Below, one piece after another: positions 29,371-57,817 of a stretch of DNA of 64,000 bases; positions within the stretch are counted from its first letter, which is position 1, and each line of letters starts with the position of its first letter. The stretch is from Paraspadella gotoi (taxonomy: Eukaryota; Animalia; Chaetognatha): contig CM119266.1 of assembly GCA_051294375.1 (NCBI GenBank), forward strand, positions 6,775,431 to 6,839,430, written 5' to 3'. The notes beneath the pieces were generated by a model. It was not told where the DNA came from and made no database searches. It worked only from the letters and a program-made list of their open reading frames with translations. The translations under genes and the position numbers were made by a program.

Positions 29371-29497
29371 TCATTGATAGGAAAGCCAAGCATTCTGGGA
29401 TTTGTTGATTGAAAGCTTGCAAGTTTCTGTTTTGTTATTATCTTGTAAGAGGGATGGAGTCCTTAAGCCCGTCCAAAGTCAGGGACAAGATAGCTTG
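29371..29497 (-). repeat. Dispersed ~130-170 bp repeat family, copy A (duplicated at ~31173-31298)
   Basis: Reverse complement shares agctatcttg.ccctgactttggac, ctcttacaagata, tgcaagctttcaatca and ttggctttcctat.aatga with 39221-39385 and 45716-45885. Confidence 0.8.
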
Positions 29498-29645
29498 TAT
29501 GTTGAATGAATGAATAATTGTTGTATTAAATTGTATTAAAACTACTGAAAAGCAAACTGAAATTCACTTTCGAACTGAAAATTGTATCGAAACCAAAAAA
29601 TGAAAAAAAGAAAAAAAAAANNNNNNNNNNNNNNNNNNNNNNNNN

Positions 29646-31420
29646 TTCTTTCTCCTCCTCCTCCTCTTTCTCCTCCTCCTCTCTCCTCTTTCTCCTCCTC
29701 TCTCTCTCCTCTCCTCCTCCTCTTCTTTTCTTCTCAATTTTATCCTCATTACGATTTGTTTTCTCTTTCTTCTCTTCCTCTTCCTCTTCTTTTCTCTTCC
29801 TCCTCCTTATTAGATGGAATCTTCGCTTTCGCCGTCGAAGAGAAGAGAATAGGAAAAGAGAAAAGAAGAGAAGAAAATAGGAAAAGAGAAAAGAAGAAAA
29901 GAAAATAGGAAGAAAATAAAATAGGAAAAGAGAAAAGAAGAAAAGAAAATAGGAAAAGAGAAAGGAAGAAAAGAAAATAGGAAAAGAGAAAAGAAGAGAA
30001 GAAAATAGGAAAAGAGAAGGAAGAAAAGAAAATAGGAAAAGAGAAAAGAAGAAAAGAAAATAGGAAAAGAGAAAAGAAGAAAAGAAAATAGGAAAAGAGA
30101 AAAGAAGAGAAGAGAATAGGAAAAAAGAAAGAAGAGAAGAAAATAGGAAAGAGAAAGAAGAAAAGAAAATAGGAAAGAAAAAAGAAGAGAGGAGAATTGA
30201 AGAGAAAAGAGAAGGAGAAAAAGAGAACAAAAAAAATAATTTCACTCACAAACGTTTCTTTTCTTGCATCTTATTTTTTAATTTGTCTATTTATTTATTC
30301 ATTTATTCCTTTTGCTTTACAAATGTACTCCAATCTCTTTGTCTTTTTCGTTTATTTATAAAGTCGTTACGTTCAAATCTTTCACAACTCTAAGTGATTA
30401 ATCTCACGCAAGAAATTCTCTTAATTTCTGACTTCCATAGCTAGCGATTTTTATAGGACGCGAGCATTTGGAATAGCGAGCGAAATAGCGAGCATTAGAA
30501 AAGCGCGGGATTCCGTTTCGACCGAAACTCGTCTCTCGCGCGCAAAGCGACGCGTTGAGTCACGTGATCGTGCGAAGTGAGTCACGTGATATCGTGAATT
30601 ATCAGTTGTCGATTTGGACGAAGTCTTTGCGACGTGAAGAAATTCGGAGGAACGAATTATCGATAACGAATGAGAAATGAACGAAACGACGAAGAAGAAT
30701 TGAATGAATTCGTTAAGAAATGAATGAATTCGTTAAGAAATGAACGAAACGACGAAAAAAAATGAAATTGAAAATTTTCAAACGATAGTTAAAACAAAGA
30801 AAAATTCAAACCGCGCCCCCCCCAAAAAAAACCTCGAAAAATGACGCCAAATTAAGATTACAACTTCAAGAGATTGAAAATGAAGTGGAAAAAAATGAAA
30901 AAGTTAATCCAATGCGGAATTTGACTCACGCAAAATGCAGTCACTTTGTTGGTGAGAATTTCACGTCAACTATTATGAAAAATTGCCGTATTATTGCTTA
31001 CTTTTAAAGATTAAAATATTTATATTTCGAAGAAGATTAAGTTAAGTGTATTAAGTAGTAGTTATAGTTAGTATTTGATGTGTGAATTTTAAAAAGGTTC
31101 AATTTTATTAAGAATCACAGTTGGTGTCGTCCATTCATCCAAGTGAAACAGTTAAAAAATAGTTCTATCGATTCATTGATAGGAAAGCCAAGCATTCTGG
31201 GATTTGTTGATTGAAAGCTTGCAAGTTTCTGTTTTGTTATTATCTGTAAGAGGGATGGAGTCCTTAAGCCCGTCCAAAGTCAGGGACAAGATAGCTTGTA
31301 TGTTGAATGAATGAATAATTGTTGTATTAAATTGTATTAAAACTACTGAAAAGCAAACTGAAATTCACTTTCGAACTGAAAATTGTATCGAAACCAAAAA
31401 ATGAAAAAAAGAAAAAAAAA
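29646..31420. repeat. About 1.8-kb second copy of ~27845-29620, probable assembly artefact
   Basis: Collinear near-identical sequence on both sides of the 25-N gap at 29621-29645; differences are mostly small indels. Confidence 0.9.
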
Positions 31421-31546
31421 AGAAAAAAGAAAAGTAATCATAACGAAGTCTGGGACGACGAGTCCAACGATGGGCCTTGGGCAAAAGGCATTTGGTTCTC
31501 GGTCCCGGACGAGGACGAAATGAGCGGGAAGAGGAGAGAGGGAAGA

Positions 31547-31631
<85 letters not shown>

Positions 31632-31726
31632 TTGAGAAAATAAACCTAATGATTGTTTAATTTACCAAAACGATTTTTTCTAATAATGTATCAACGATTG
31701 ATTAAACTTGGTTTGTTGTTTTTCAG

Positions 31727-47680
<15,954 letters not shown>

Positions 47681-49546
47681 ATTAAAACAAGTACGAAACT
47701 GAAAAGAACAAAACGAAACAAAACTATACAATACGAAATAAAAAAGTTCCCTACAAAACGAAACGACGATTTTAAACGAACTTGACTAAACATAACAAAG
47801 ACCAAACAAATAATAAAAAAAACAAGTAAAAGCGATTTAAACCAAACAAAAACAAAACAGACGAATAAGCGAAAAAAAAGAAACAAATAAATAAACAAAT
47901 ATTAAACTACTAAAAAAACTCAATCAACAAAACAAAACGAGACAACCCTTTAAAAAGAAAAACAATACAGACCAATAAACAAAACATAATAAGACAAACT
48001 AATAAACAAAAACGAAACAAGATATTTTAAAAAACCGATGTGTAAAAAACAATCAAGAATTTCAATATTCATCGCTTAAATTAAATTATTGTTTTGTTCT
48101 ACATCTCACTGCTTATATTTTATTCTCGCTTTCAATCACAAGTCTTGCGTCTTTATAATCGATTTTTTTGTATTTGTTATAAAACTGTATTTTAGTAATC
48201 TGTGTAATATCGCACAGGATTTTTTTTTCTTGCAAAAAAAACAAAATGACAACTTTAATCCAACTTAAGATACCACGATGGCTTTAATATATACATATTG
48301 ATTAATTGGGAAATTTACTCATTCCTGCCTTTTGGACACAAAAATGTTTTAAAATTTTCTCTGTATAAACAAGTTCAAAATGTTTTTACTAGTCCACTAG
48401 TATTCGCTAATTGTCACGATTTTACTCTTTACTTTGTCTTCCTGTGAAAATATAGAAAAAAAACACGTGAATCGTCCAATTTTTTTCGCACTGGTAAATT
48501 ACTTTCAATATAAAAGATGTATAGAATGACAAAAGATTATGATTTAATTAAATTATTTAGTAATTATTAGTTTAAACGATTCCGATGAAGACGAGATAAC
48601 CCATAAGATATACCTTTTGTTTTTTTATACCAAAACGCGTCTCAATATAATATAGAGGGCATTTTGAATTCGACTTGATTGAACAAATGATCATCGAAAT
48701 TAAATCGCCCAAAAAAAAAGTTTATCCTTCTTCCCGAAACTTTTTAAAAGCTTTCATACGAATATGAATTGGAAGGTAATGTTTGCTTGATATTAAAAGA
48801 AACAAAAACGATTTATAGCTAATTCTGATAAAAAATGCGCATTAAAAAAAAGGAGAATATTCGGGAGTGGCTCCCGTCTAGTTTCTACCGATGAATTAAT
48901 GTAGAAAAAAAAAACCTCTCGAGTTAATTAGATAAAGGGAGGATTCTCTTTCGCTAATTATTGGCGGATCAAAATCTAACCTAAAAAAAAAAAAAGTTTA
49001 AATTTTCTCGAATCGAAAATGAGATTTAAACTTCGATTTAAAAGAAATAAAACGATAAAATGTCTAGAGGCCCAAGTTTCGCGCGAGAGATAAAACGACA
49101 ATAAAAATCCATTTTTTTTAAAGATGACCTGAAATAAAACTTAATTTGAGGAGAAGATGTTACTTTAAAACGAAAGTTAATGAGTAAGAACATGTAAATG
49201 TTTATTGTTTAAAGATTGTCGCCTGTTTTATTGATAAACTAAAAACCGATTAACTGACGAAGCGAAGCCAAACTGTCACACCTTGAGGATGACCCCAGAA
49301 AACAAATGAATATCTTCACAAAGTTCGTAAATAAAAAATACAATGGTTTAGGTAATTCAATTTAAAATGAAGTATCACTCGATAGATTATACGAAAGAAG
49401 ATCCAAAGATTGTATTTCTTTAAAAAACTACATATATTTTAAATATTTGAATTTATGCGTCTCGAGTTTTCTTTTTCTTTCAACTCCCTTCGGCTGGGAA
49501 AGCGTGTTTGCTTTCGTAAGCTCTCACACACAAAACTCTCTCTCTC

Positions 49547-49592
<46 letters not shown>

Positions 49593-50583
49593 TTAGTTCA
49601 CCCGGTCAACTCCTTCATGACTCATTCTCTCAATTTTTCCCCTGAAGTCGGATTTTTTTTTCAGTGCAAAAAGGATTCGTCACTCAAACGTACAAATTTT
49701 AATTTCTTTTTCTTTTCTTTTCTTTTCTTTTCTTTTCTTTTCTTTTCTTTTCTTTTCTTTTCTTTTCTTTTCTTTTCTTTTCTTTTCTTTTCTTTTCTTT
49801 TCTTAATTTTTTTTCTATTCCATTCTAATCTATTCTATTCTATTCTATTCTATTCTATTCTATTCTATTCTATTCTATTCTAATCTATTCTATTCTATCC
49901 TATCCTATTCTATTCTATTCTATTCTATTCGTCAAAATTGCCTTTTATTATTGCAGTAGTATCACTACAGCAACAAGTCATGCTAAACTAGAACTTGTAA
50001 ACATCACAGGACGTCAGTTTTTTCTCGAGGGAGAGTTGTGAAGGTGACGAGTGTGAGAGAGTAAAAAAGGAGGAGCTTCGGCTTTATAGCTTAAGGTAAT
50101 GGATTCGGGAAAGACGGAGAGAGACAGAGAGCGAGTGAGACCTGAGAGAGAGAATTTTCAAAGAAACTGGGGAGTAATTCATTGTAGAAAATTGAAATAA
50201 TCTCGGGATCTTAGGAGAAACAACAATAAAAAAAGGTGATGATAACTATTATTATAAATAATATTGTTGTATTTAATAGTAGTATATTATCAGTATAAGC
50301 TAAATTAAGTAGCATAACAAAAACTTGAAAGAAAAGATGTTTTTTCTTCTCTTTCTCTCTTTTGCCTTTAATCTTCCAAAGAAAAAAAAATCCTTTTATT
50401 TGTTTTAACTTTACTTTTCTTCCTTTTTTGTTGTGGAAAAATTTCCTTTTCCTGAATTCTTTTTTTTTTTCTTATTTGTTTTCGTCGAGATTTTGTCGCA
50501 GATAAAAAGAAAATCGCAAATTCTTTTTGAGTTTTTTTTTCCGAGTTGTTTCGTAGTTAAACGATTTAAACAAGATTTTGATA

Positions 50584-50632
<49 letters not shown>

Positions 50633-50851
50633 AGAAGAGAGAGAAGAGAGGAGAGAGAGAAGAGAGAGAGAGAAGAAAAAGAAGAGAGAGGAGATGGGGG
50701 TCTTCTTGTCAACACTTCGAATCCTTTTCCGCTCACGTTACAATTTGCTTGTCACTCCACACTTCACACCATTCTCTCCTGCCACCCTCTCCTTCACTCC
50801 TTTCGATTACTGTATCACTTTTTACACTTTCCCTTTTTCCCAACTCTCTCT

Positions 50852-50918
<67 letters not shown>

Positions 50919-53286
50919 GCAATAGTATGATAAAATACTTAGTTGTGGACGTCATCTGTACATCAACTCCCACATCTTTTGAATCCAGAACGTTCAGTGA
51001 ATTAACGAACAACGACGATAACGACGACGACGATAACGACGACGACGCCAAGTCCTCTTTATCGCCATCCGAATTTCCCGCCGTGAATCAAGCTGCTTTA
51101 TATTTCCCCTTTTTTTTAACACAACCTCTTAATTGTTTTAGTCGCCGTAAGTTTGACACGTTTGACGATTTAAACCAATCCCTGACTTCATTATTATAAA
51201 TCGAATTAAAACAAACATTTATTATTCGTTTAATTAACCGAGTTATTTTTTTTATAAAATCTTATACTACTAAGATTTAAAAGATTAGAAATCCTGATTT
51301 TCGGGAGTTTGTACGTACAACTTACGTACGTCTTCGAAAAATAGTGAAAGGAAGAAAACTCGAAAATATTCCCCCCACTTAATGTAATTAGGGTCAAAAA
51401 ATGATTGAGCGGGGATCTTTTTCGAAATTGGGCCATCGATAGGGACGATAACGACGACGACGACGTCGACGAGAGTGGAAAAATTTTTTTCAATCGAATT
51501 TTCTCCGCCCCGGAAAATTAATAAAATTCGTCGTGAGAAAAAATAAGTTAATTTCGTATCGTAAATAATAATTAAAGATTTATTAATAAGGCTGTTAATG
51601 AGTTATGAGTTAATTTTTTGTTTTGTAATTGTAAATCATTTTTGTTTTGTTTTGTTAGTTTTTTTTTTTTTTTTTTTTNNNNNNNNNNNNNNNNNNNNNN
51701 NNNTATGTTTCTTTGTCAAATATGTTACCAGCTATATAATTTTTTACAACTTTATTATGATAAACAAGCAGTGTGTCAAGCTTTTAGTTTGCAGTTAAAG
51801 ATAATGAAAAATGACGATTTTTTTCACAGACAAGAGGTAGATGTCCAGACTGTTTATATCAAGCTGAAAACATTTTTTTATTTATCATTTTTAATATTTA
51901 AAAATACATTTTATCAAGCTACAATATAAATTTTGCTTGTTTTTACTTTAACTGAAAAATATAAGCAATTTTATGGAATAAAAAAATTTAATAATAAACA
52001 AAATGTAATTCAGTCTTTCATTTTTCAAATTACAAAAAAAAGAAAAAATTTCATATGCCTTCATTGAAATTTTAAAGCAAAAACTGTTTAACTTTTAACT
52101 CTGATTTAAACAAAAGCTGTGTAAAGATTATGGATTTAAATTTAATAAAACTCTTTTAGAAAAGGTGCCCATGATTAGGGCTTTAATTTGATACCACATC
52201 ACCTTGCTACCTCTTTCTTTCAAAGTTATTAAAAAATAACTTTTTTTTAAATTAAGCAGTACAATCTTTGTTAAATAAAAATTTCGGCAAAGCGGAGTAT
52301 CTCACTATTTCTATTGGGTACAATACTTAAATTTCAAAATAAAACTGAAGAAATTTTTTTGTCATTTAGAGACATAAATCACTTTCAGATGTACCCATCG
52401 TATAATAATTTATTTATTTATTTCCCCAAAAAAGCCTAATTAGAAAATTGAAATTTTTTCAAATTGTTGGAAAAAAAATTTCGTACCGACCTATGCTCAT
52501 TGAGAATAATGGTTTTGCATAGAAAATCAAAAATATCAAAAAAATAAAAAAATCAGCCTCTAGAAAAATCAAAGGCTAGAGGCTGATTTAGAATTGCAAA
52601 ATTTTTTCATGACTCATAATCCATTATTCTCAGTTTCAAAATATTTTTTTCCAAAATCATTAAATCAATTTTTTTTTATTAATTTAAAATGTTTTTATGA
52701 TGTTGTTTTGTTTGAAGAATTGAAAAAAAGTGAAAAATATAGTAATTATATAAGGTTTTTGAAAATACCTTTAAAATATTAAATAATTAGACACAAGGGG
52801 AGTAAGCAGAGAAAACTTCCCATTCATAAAGAAAATGAAAATGAATTTGTCATATTGTTATTTAGATTAATTGACTAATTACAAACAAATGATTCATATA
52901 AATTGAGGAAATGATGGTAAAAAATATTCATCTTGGTCTCGTTAACTATTAGGTTATCGTTAAAGTTTTCTTTTAATAATATTAATATTTTTTTTTGCAT
53001 TATAAAAGCAATGGTCTAAAATTTTGTAAGCATTTCGAGCTATATTGCTCATCTTTTTTACTATTTTTGATCTAGTTAGCTTTTTTGTTGATGGTCAAGG
53101 GTTATGGTCAGATACAGTAATGTCCAGTAGTGTATATCGCACATATTACCAAAAGTAATGATCAATTAATTTAGCTCAGAAACAATTTTAAAGGGACAAA
53201 ATCAGCACAGAACCGTTTCGCCACGTTATTTTTCATTGTGTCCTAGGTCAAGTTTTTATCCTTTGGCAAAACTGCGTATTTAAAAT

Positions 53287-53330
53287 TTGCTGATGAAGAC
53301 TCGTACCACTAAGAGTCGAAACATGTTCAA
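53287..53330 (+). ncRNA. Minimal type I hammerhead ribozyme of the Penelope-like-element kind
   Basis: ttg-CTGATGA-a-GACTC(gtaccactaa)GAGTC-GAAAC-at-GTT-caa: intact core, 5-bp stem II, palindromic stem III (ACATGT), GUU triplet and 3-bp stem I (TTG/CAA), followed by AATAAA. Confidence 0.7.
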
Positions 53331-55918
53331 TAATAAAAATAAAAATTGCTATTTCAACGATTTTTTCGTTTCATCTCTAAATTTGCTCCCATAATTTTTC
53401 TCTGTGGTACGTGGTCTGTGGCCCTCAATAGATGGACGGACTAGAGAGCTAGGATAATACATTAAGGTTGACTAGTCTTAATTTTGAAGTTACCTGAAAT
53501 AATTGTTAGATTGCCAAAGTTTGTATTAGAAATTAAACAGTGATAAAATATTGCGTTCTTAATCCCTTGAGATCTAGAAATGGAATAAACACTAAAATCT
53601 CGGCCTCCCTCTCGTCTCTTTCCTCTTGTTTATTCTATTAGACAAAAATGTTACAAAATAGGCGCTGAGTTCCTGGGAATCTGATGAAATGATTAAACTT
53701 TGGAACTGAGGAAGAATTTTAGAAGAGGGACAAAATTTGGAAAGAAAGTTAATTACTAAATTGGAGGCTTAATTTAAAAATATTTACTAACACTCCCCGC
53801 CGGCAAAACGAAGGAATTTTGTTAAATGGCAAATAGATGAGGTAAGCGAAAACAGTGGGTACAAATGTCACAGTAAGGCAGAAGTACAATAATCTTATTG
53901 TCCTCTATAAACGAGTAACACATTGATCAACATATAGCTAAATTCGGGAAAAGTTTAAATTAAGGACAAAAATAAATCTGCGCTGCATCTAATTATGAAA
54001 AACCCGTAACAAAAATAAAATAAGTTTTGAAAATAAGTCGAAAACTGCGGCAAACAGTTCGGAACTAAATGTAAAATTAATTATTATATATATATTGGGT
54101 AAACCAATATATAACAACATCAAACAAACATTCCCGCGCGATATGGCCAATCTTCATTCACTGATTCTATTTTCGATATCTTCCTCAAAACATCAAATCA
54201 AGTTTTAATCGATCTCATCGGTTCACAAATATTCGGATATAAAGAAACTCATCCTGCTCTTCCTTGCTCCCAATCCTAAAATGGCTAAAGTGAAACGGTG
54301 TCAGTTCAGCAAATTATAATTAAGAATTTCGCTTTCATAATATTTTCATAATTTTAAATTTAATTTATTAAATTCAAAATTAAAATTGAGTCTTCGATAA
54401 CTATTAATCTTTATTTTTCACTCTAAATAGATAATATTAATTAAGAATGATTTCGTGATCGCCAATTTTGTTTTTTTTGTCCAATGGCCTTTCAAAGGCG
54501 AGCTCAGACGTGCTAGCCCTTCCCTTGCTCTCAGCAGTGATTGCCGGCAGCCTCAATTCGCCTGAGCCATCGGTGCCGCAATGCCGTCCTTCCGACGGGC
54601 AACGTCCGTCTTTTTAACGGCGGCGGGTCGGACAGCGACAACTCCGAACTTTTGTTTCGCAGTTCGACGCCGTCTTCGGTCGTGTCGTTCAGTCTGCGGC
54701 GCCATTTTACCACCTCAGCCCGACCATTCTACTCTTTTACTTGAGTCGTTCTTGTTGCATTGTCAACTGTCTGTCTGGCATTGCTCATCGGCATCGTCGC
54801 CCTACAATGTCATCGTTGTGTCAGTAAGAGAAAGGTGCAAATTGAATCCAGTGCCGGAAACATGCAAAAATCATTTAAAGTCGAAATGACAGAGTGCGAA
54901 CAGATTCGGTGCAAACAGGTTATTTTGAAGTAACAAGGGCTGCCAAAAAACTTATGATTTTAGTCGTCAAGTTCCAAGTATCGTTTGTTGGTTCCTGTAC
55001 TCTGCTCAATCATTGCAACAAGAATAAAGCAAGCGTCCAGGTTCGCGACAGCGCAAAACTCCGAAAAAACAATCGCGACCTCGAGCATCACCAATAGGTA
55101 AAACTCTCTCTATTGTGTTAAATTGTATTGATAATTTTTTTTTAAATATATATATTAAATATATATATAAATATATTTGAGAGAACAATTGGCGTGGAGG
55201 ATGCTATTGGTAAGCCTTAGTTACCCAACTTCCCGATCGAATTTTTAAATGAGGTTTTTTTTCCATCTATTTGAGACATAACACTAACTATTAGTACTAT
55301 TATTTTTTTTATTTTTTCTTATTACAATTCTATGAATAAATATGAATAAGTAACTTTTTAAAAAAAATTATCATCTTTCACCCTATATTCAGTCATATCT
55401 AAAAAACAAAAAAAGATTTTGCATTGATATTTTGGATATCAACATATGAAACTATAACGTTTCAAAAAATAAAAAGAAATATAATAATATTGAATAGTGA
55501 TTTTTTTTTATGCACGGAACAGTAACGTTACGCCATTTTTCATTGTGTCCTAGAGTGACAAGTGCTCTGAATTTAAGAGTTAAAAAAAAAAAATTTAAAA
55601 CACGAATTNNNNNNNNNNTACGTTTCTTCATCCCAAAATTCGTCGGCGTCTTTTGTTTTTCTTTGTTGTTTCTTTTTTGTTTTTTTGTTTTTTAGTCTCG
55701 TTTCTGGTCGTAATTGGAGAAGGAGATTACCTCTTCACCTTCTCGCCAATTTCTTCGCTTTTGAGTTTCACCGATGCCAAGAAAAAACATTTTCTTAATC
55801 TTTTCACTACGATGGGATTTCACTATTTTGAGATAAAAGTTTTTTTCGTTTTTGTGAGTGTTGAGATTATATAAAAATCGTTATTATTCCAAAAATGTAA
55901 GGCACATCCTTAACAAAG

Positions 55919-57032
55919 AATTTAGGCTAAGTTTCGATGTCTCTGTAGTCTGTAAAATATATGAAGCAGGTTGATAAAAATTATGATATCTTCAGCTTCA
56001 AAATTTATACCCAAAAAGTCTTTTTAAAATCGTAGATAAGATAAACAGTAGGGTGAAGTGAAAGGTTGGAATCAAAATTTAGCACTTATATCTTAAAAAA
56101 TATCATATTAGTGAATACTAATCTGTAATTATTTTTCTTTTTTTACAAATATAGTAGCCCAGTCAGCTTAATTTGTATATATAGTACTACCCTTATATAA
56201 TGTCAAAATTTCAAAATGATTTTTTTTAAATTCCGAGAACAGATTCAGATTCCTTGTAAAAAGTTGATAAAATAAAATATAAATCTTTTTTAAAACTTAT
56301 GTTATTAAGCAGGTTATAATTATAAAAAAAGATATTTTTAAATTAGAAATTAAAAATCAGAATCTTAAATATAATTTTTTACATTCTTGACCAACTTAAT
56401 AAAAAAATTTTAAAAAAGAATTATTCTTTCCTATATCAACTTTTTGCAAGGAATCCAAATCCGATATTAAAATTTTAAAATTTACACTTTGAAGTTTTAG
56501 CCTATTATATATTTGTTATTATATATAAATATAGCTCACTAGTGCCCAATAATGTATAAAATTAAAAGATAAATTCTTCAAAGTATATTTATTGGTTTTT
56601 TTATATTCTATATGTTAAATTTTAATTTAATAAAGTTTTATTATTTTCACATCACTCTAATAGTCAGGTAACCTCACTACAAACTTTTTTGTACGTGCCA
56701 GGGCAAAGCCTTTAGATCCGACTTCATTGTAAAAAAATCATTATTTTAATATGTTTTTTATTTTCATGGACATATGAATTTTTATTTAAAAATTGTAAAA
56801 TTTGTAATCCTTACGTGATTTATTTGACAAAATGAAAACATCAAAACTCCATTGTAGCAAATATTGAAAAATTAAATCTTAAGAGATATTTTAACGACAA
56901 ACATTATTCTATAAAAAATATTTAAAATTTATTGAAAAAAATATATGGCAAATATCACGAAATTAATTTAGGCTAAGCTGCGACGTCTCTTTATAAAGCA
57001 AGTTGATAAAAATTCTGATGTCTTCAGCTTCA
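55919..57032. mobile_element. Decayed AT-rich DNA-transposon/MITE-like remnant
   Basis: Direct repeat aatttaggctaag...gttgataaaaatt.tgat.tcttcagcttca at ~55919-56000 and ~56965-57032, with an internal inverted pair gattccttgtaaaaagttgata (~56248-56268) and tatcaactttttgcaaggaatc (~56434-56455). Confidence 0.45.
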
Positions 57033-57511
57033 CAAGTTAAATTTTTAGTAAAAAATAAAGTACAATAAAAATTTTATTTGAAGTAAAAATTACAAGTCAA
57101 AATAATTTTAATCCTCAATTTTAAGGTGAGCATTCGTGCTTTCGAGGAGTCGCCTGAAGTGCGTGTTTTATCGTAGTACTTTGTGGTGAAAAAAACTTCA
57201 ATATTAAGCTAAATAAAGAGACTATATTTGTTAAATAATCAATGAAGGAAAAAATGACGCGAAGGACGTTTTTTATTTTCAAACAGTTTTTCTAGCTTTT
57301 TTAGGAGGCGGGTTTTAAATTTTTCACCTACAAATCAGCACGATGAAGAGATATAAAAAGATTATGAAGATTATAAAAGGATTATAAAGACCAACCAAGA
57401 TGCACAACGTACATTTAAAAGTTTATGGTGGCAGGCAAAGTCTGAAATTTTATGTTGCCACTTTTTTATTTCGATAGAAAACGATATTTTCACTTCACTT
57501 TTCAAAACAGA

Positions 57512-57542
<31 letters not shown>

Positions 57543-57766
57543 ATCTCTCTCTCTCTCTTCTCTCTCTCCTCTCTCTCCTCAACTCTTGCTTTCTCTTTGT
57601 GTGTGTAGTAATGTTCTCCTTTCTCTCTTTTTTTAATTCTTTACCTTCGTAATATAATTTTTAAAAAAGAAGTAAATCGGTGGATTCAGAAAAATTTTGT
57701 GTGAGAATAACTTTTGCGATAGAGAAAAAATAAAAAAAAAAGAAAGAAAGAATGAAAAAAGGAAAA

Positions 57767-57817
<51 letters not shown>

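Noticed and set aside
27722-30249. Phe/Ser/Leu-rich 'membrane protein' ORFs
   Set aside because: They are products of the 28-bp purine minisatellite and its artefactual duplicate.
31436-31535. Coding-looking stretch HNEVWDDESNDGPWAKGIWFSVPDEDEMSGK upstream of Vsx
   Set aside because: No splice donor or recognisable homology; it runs into a (GA)n tract.
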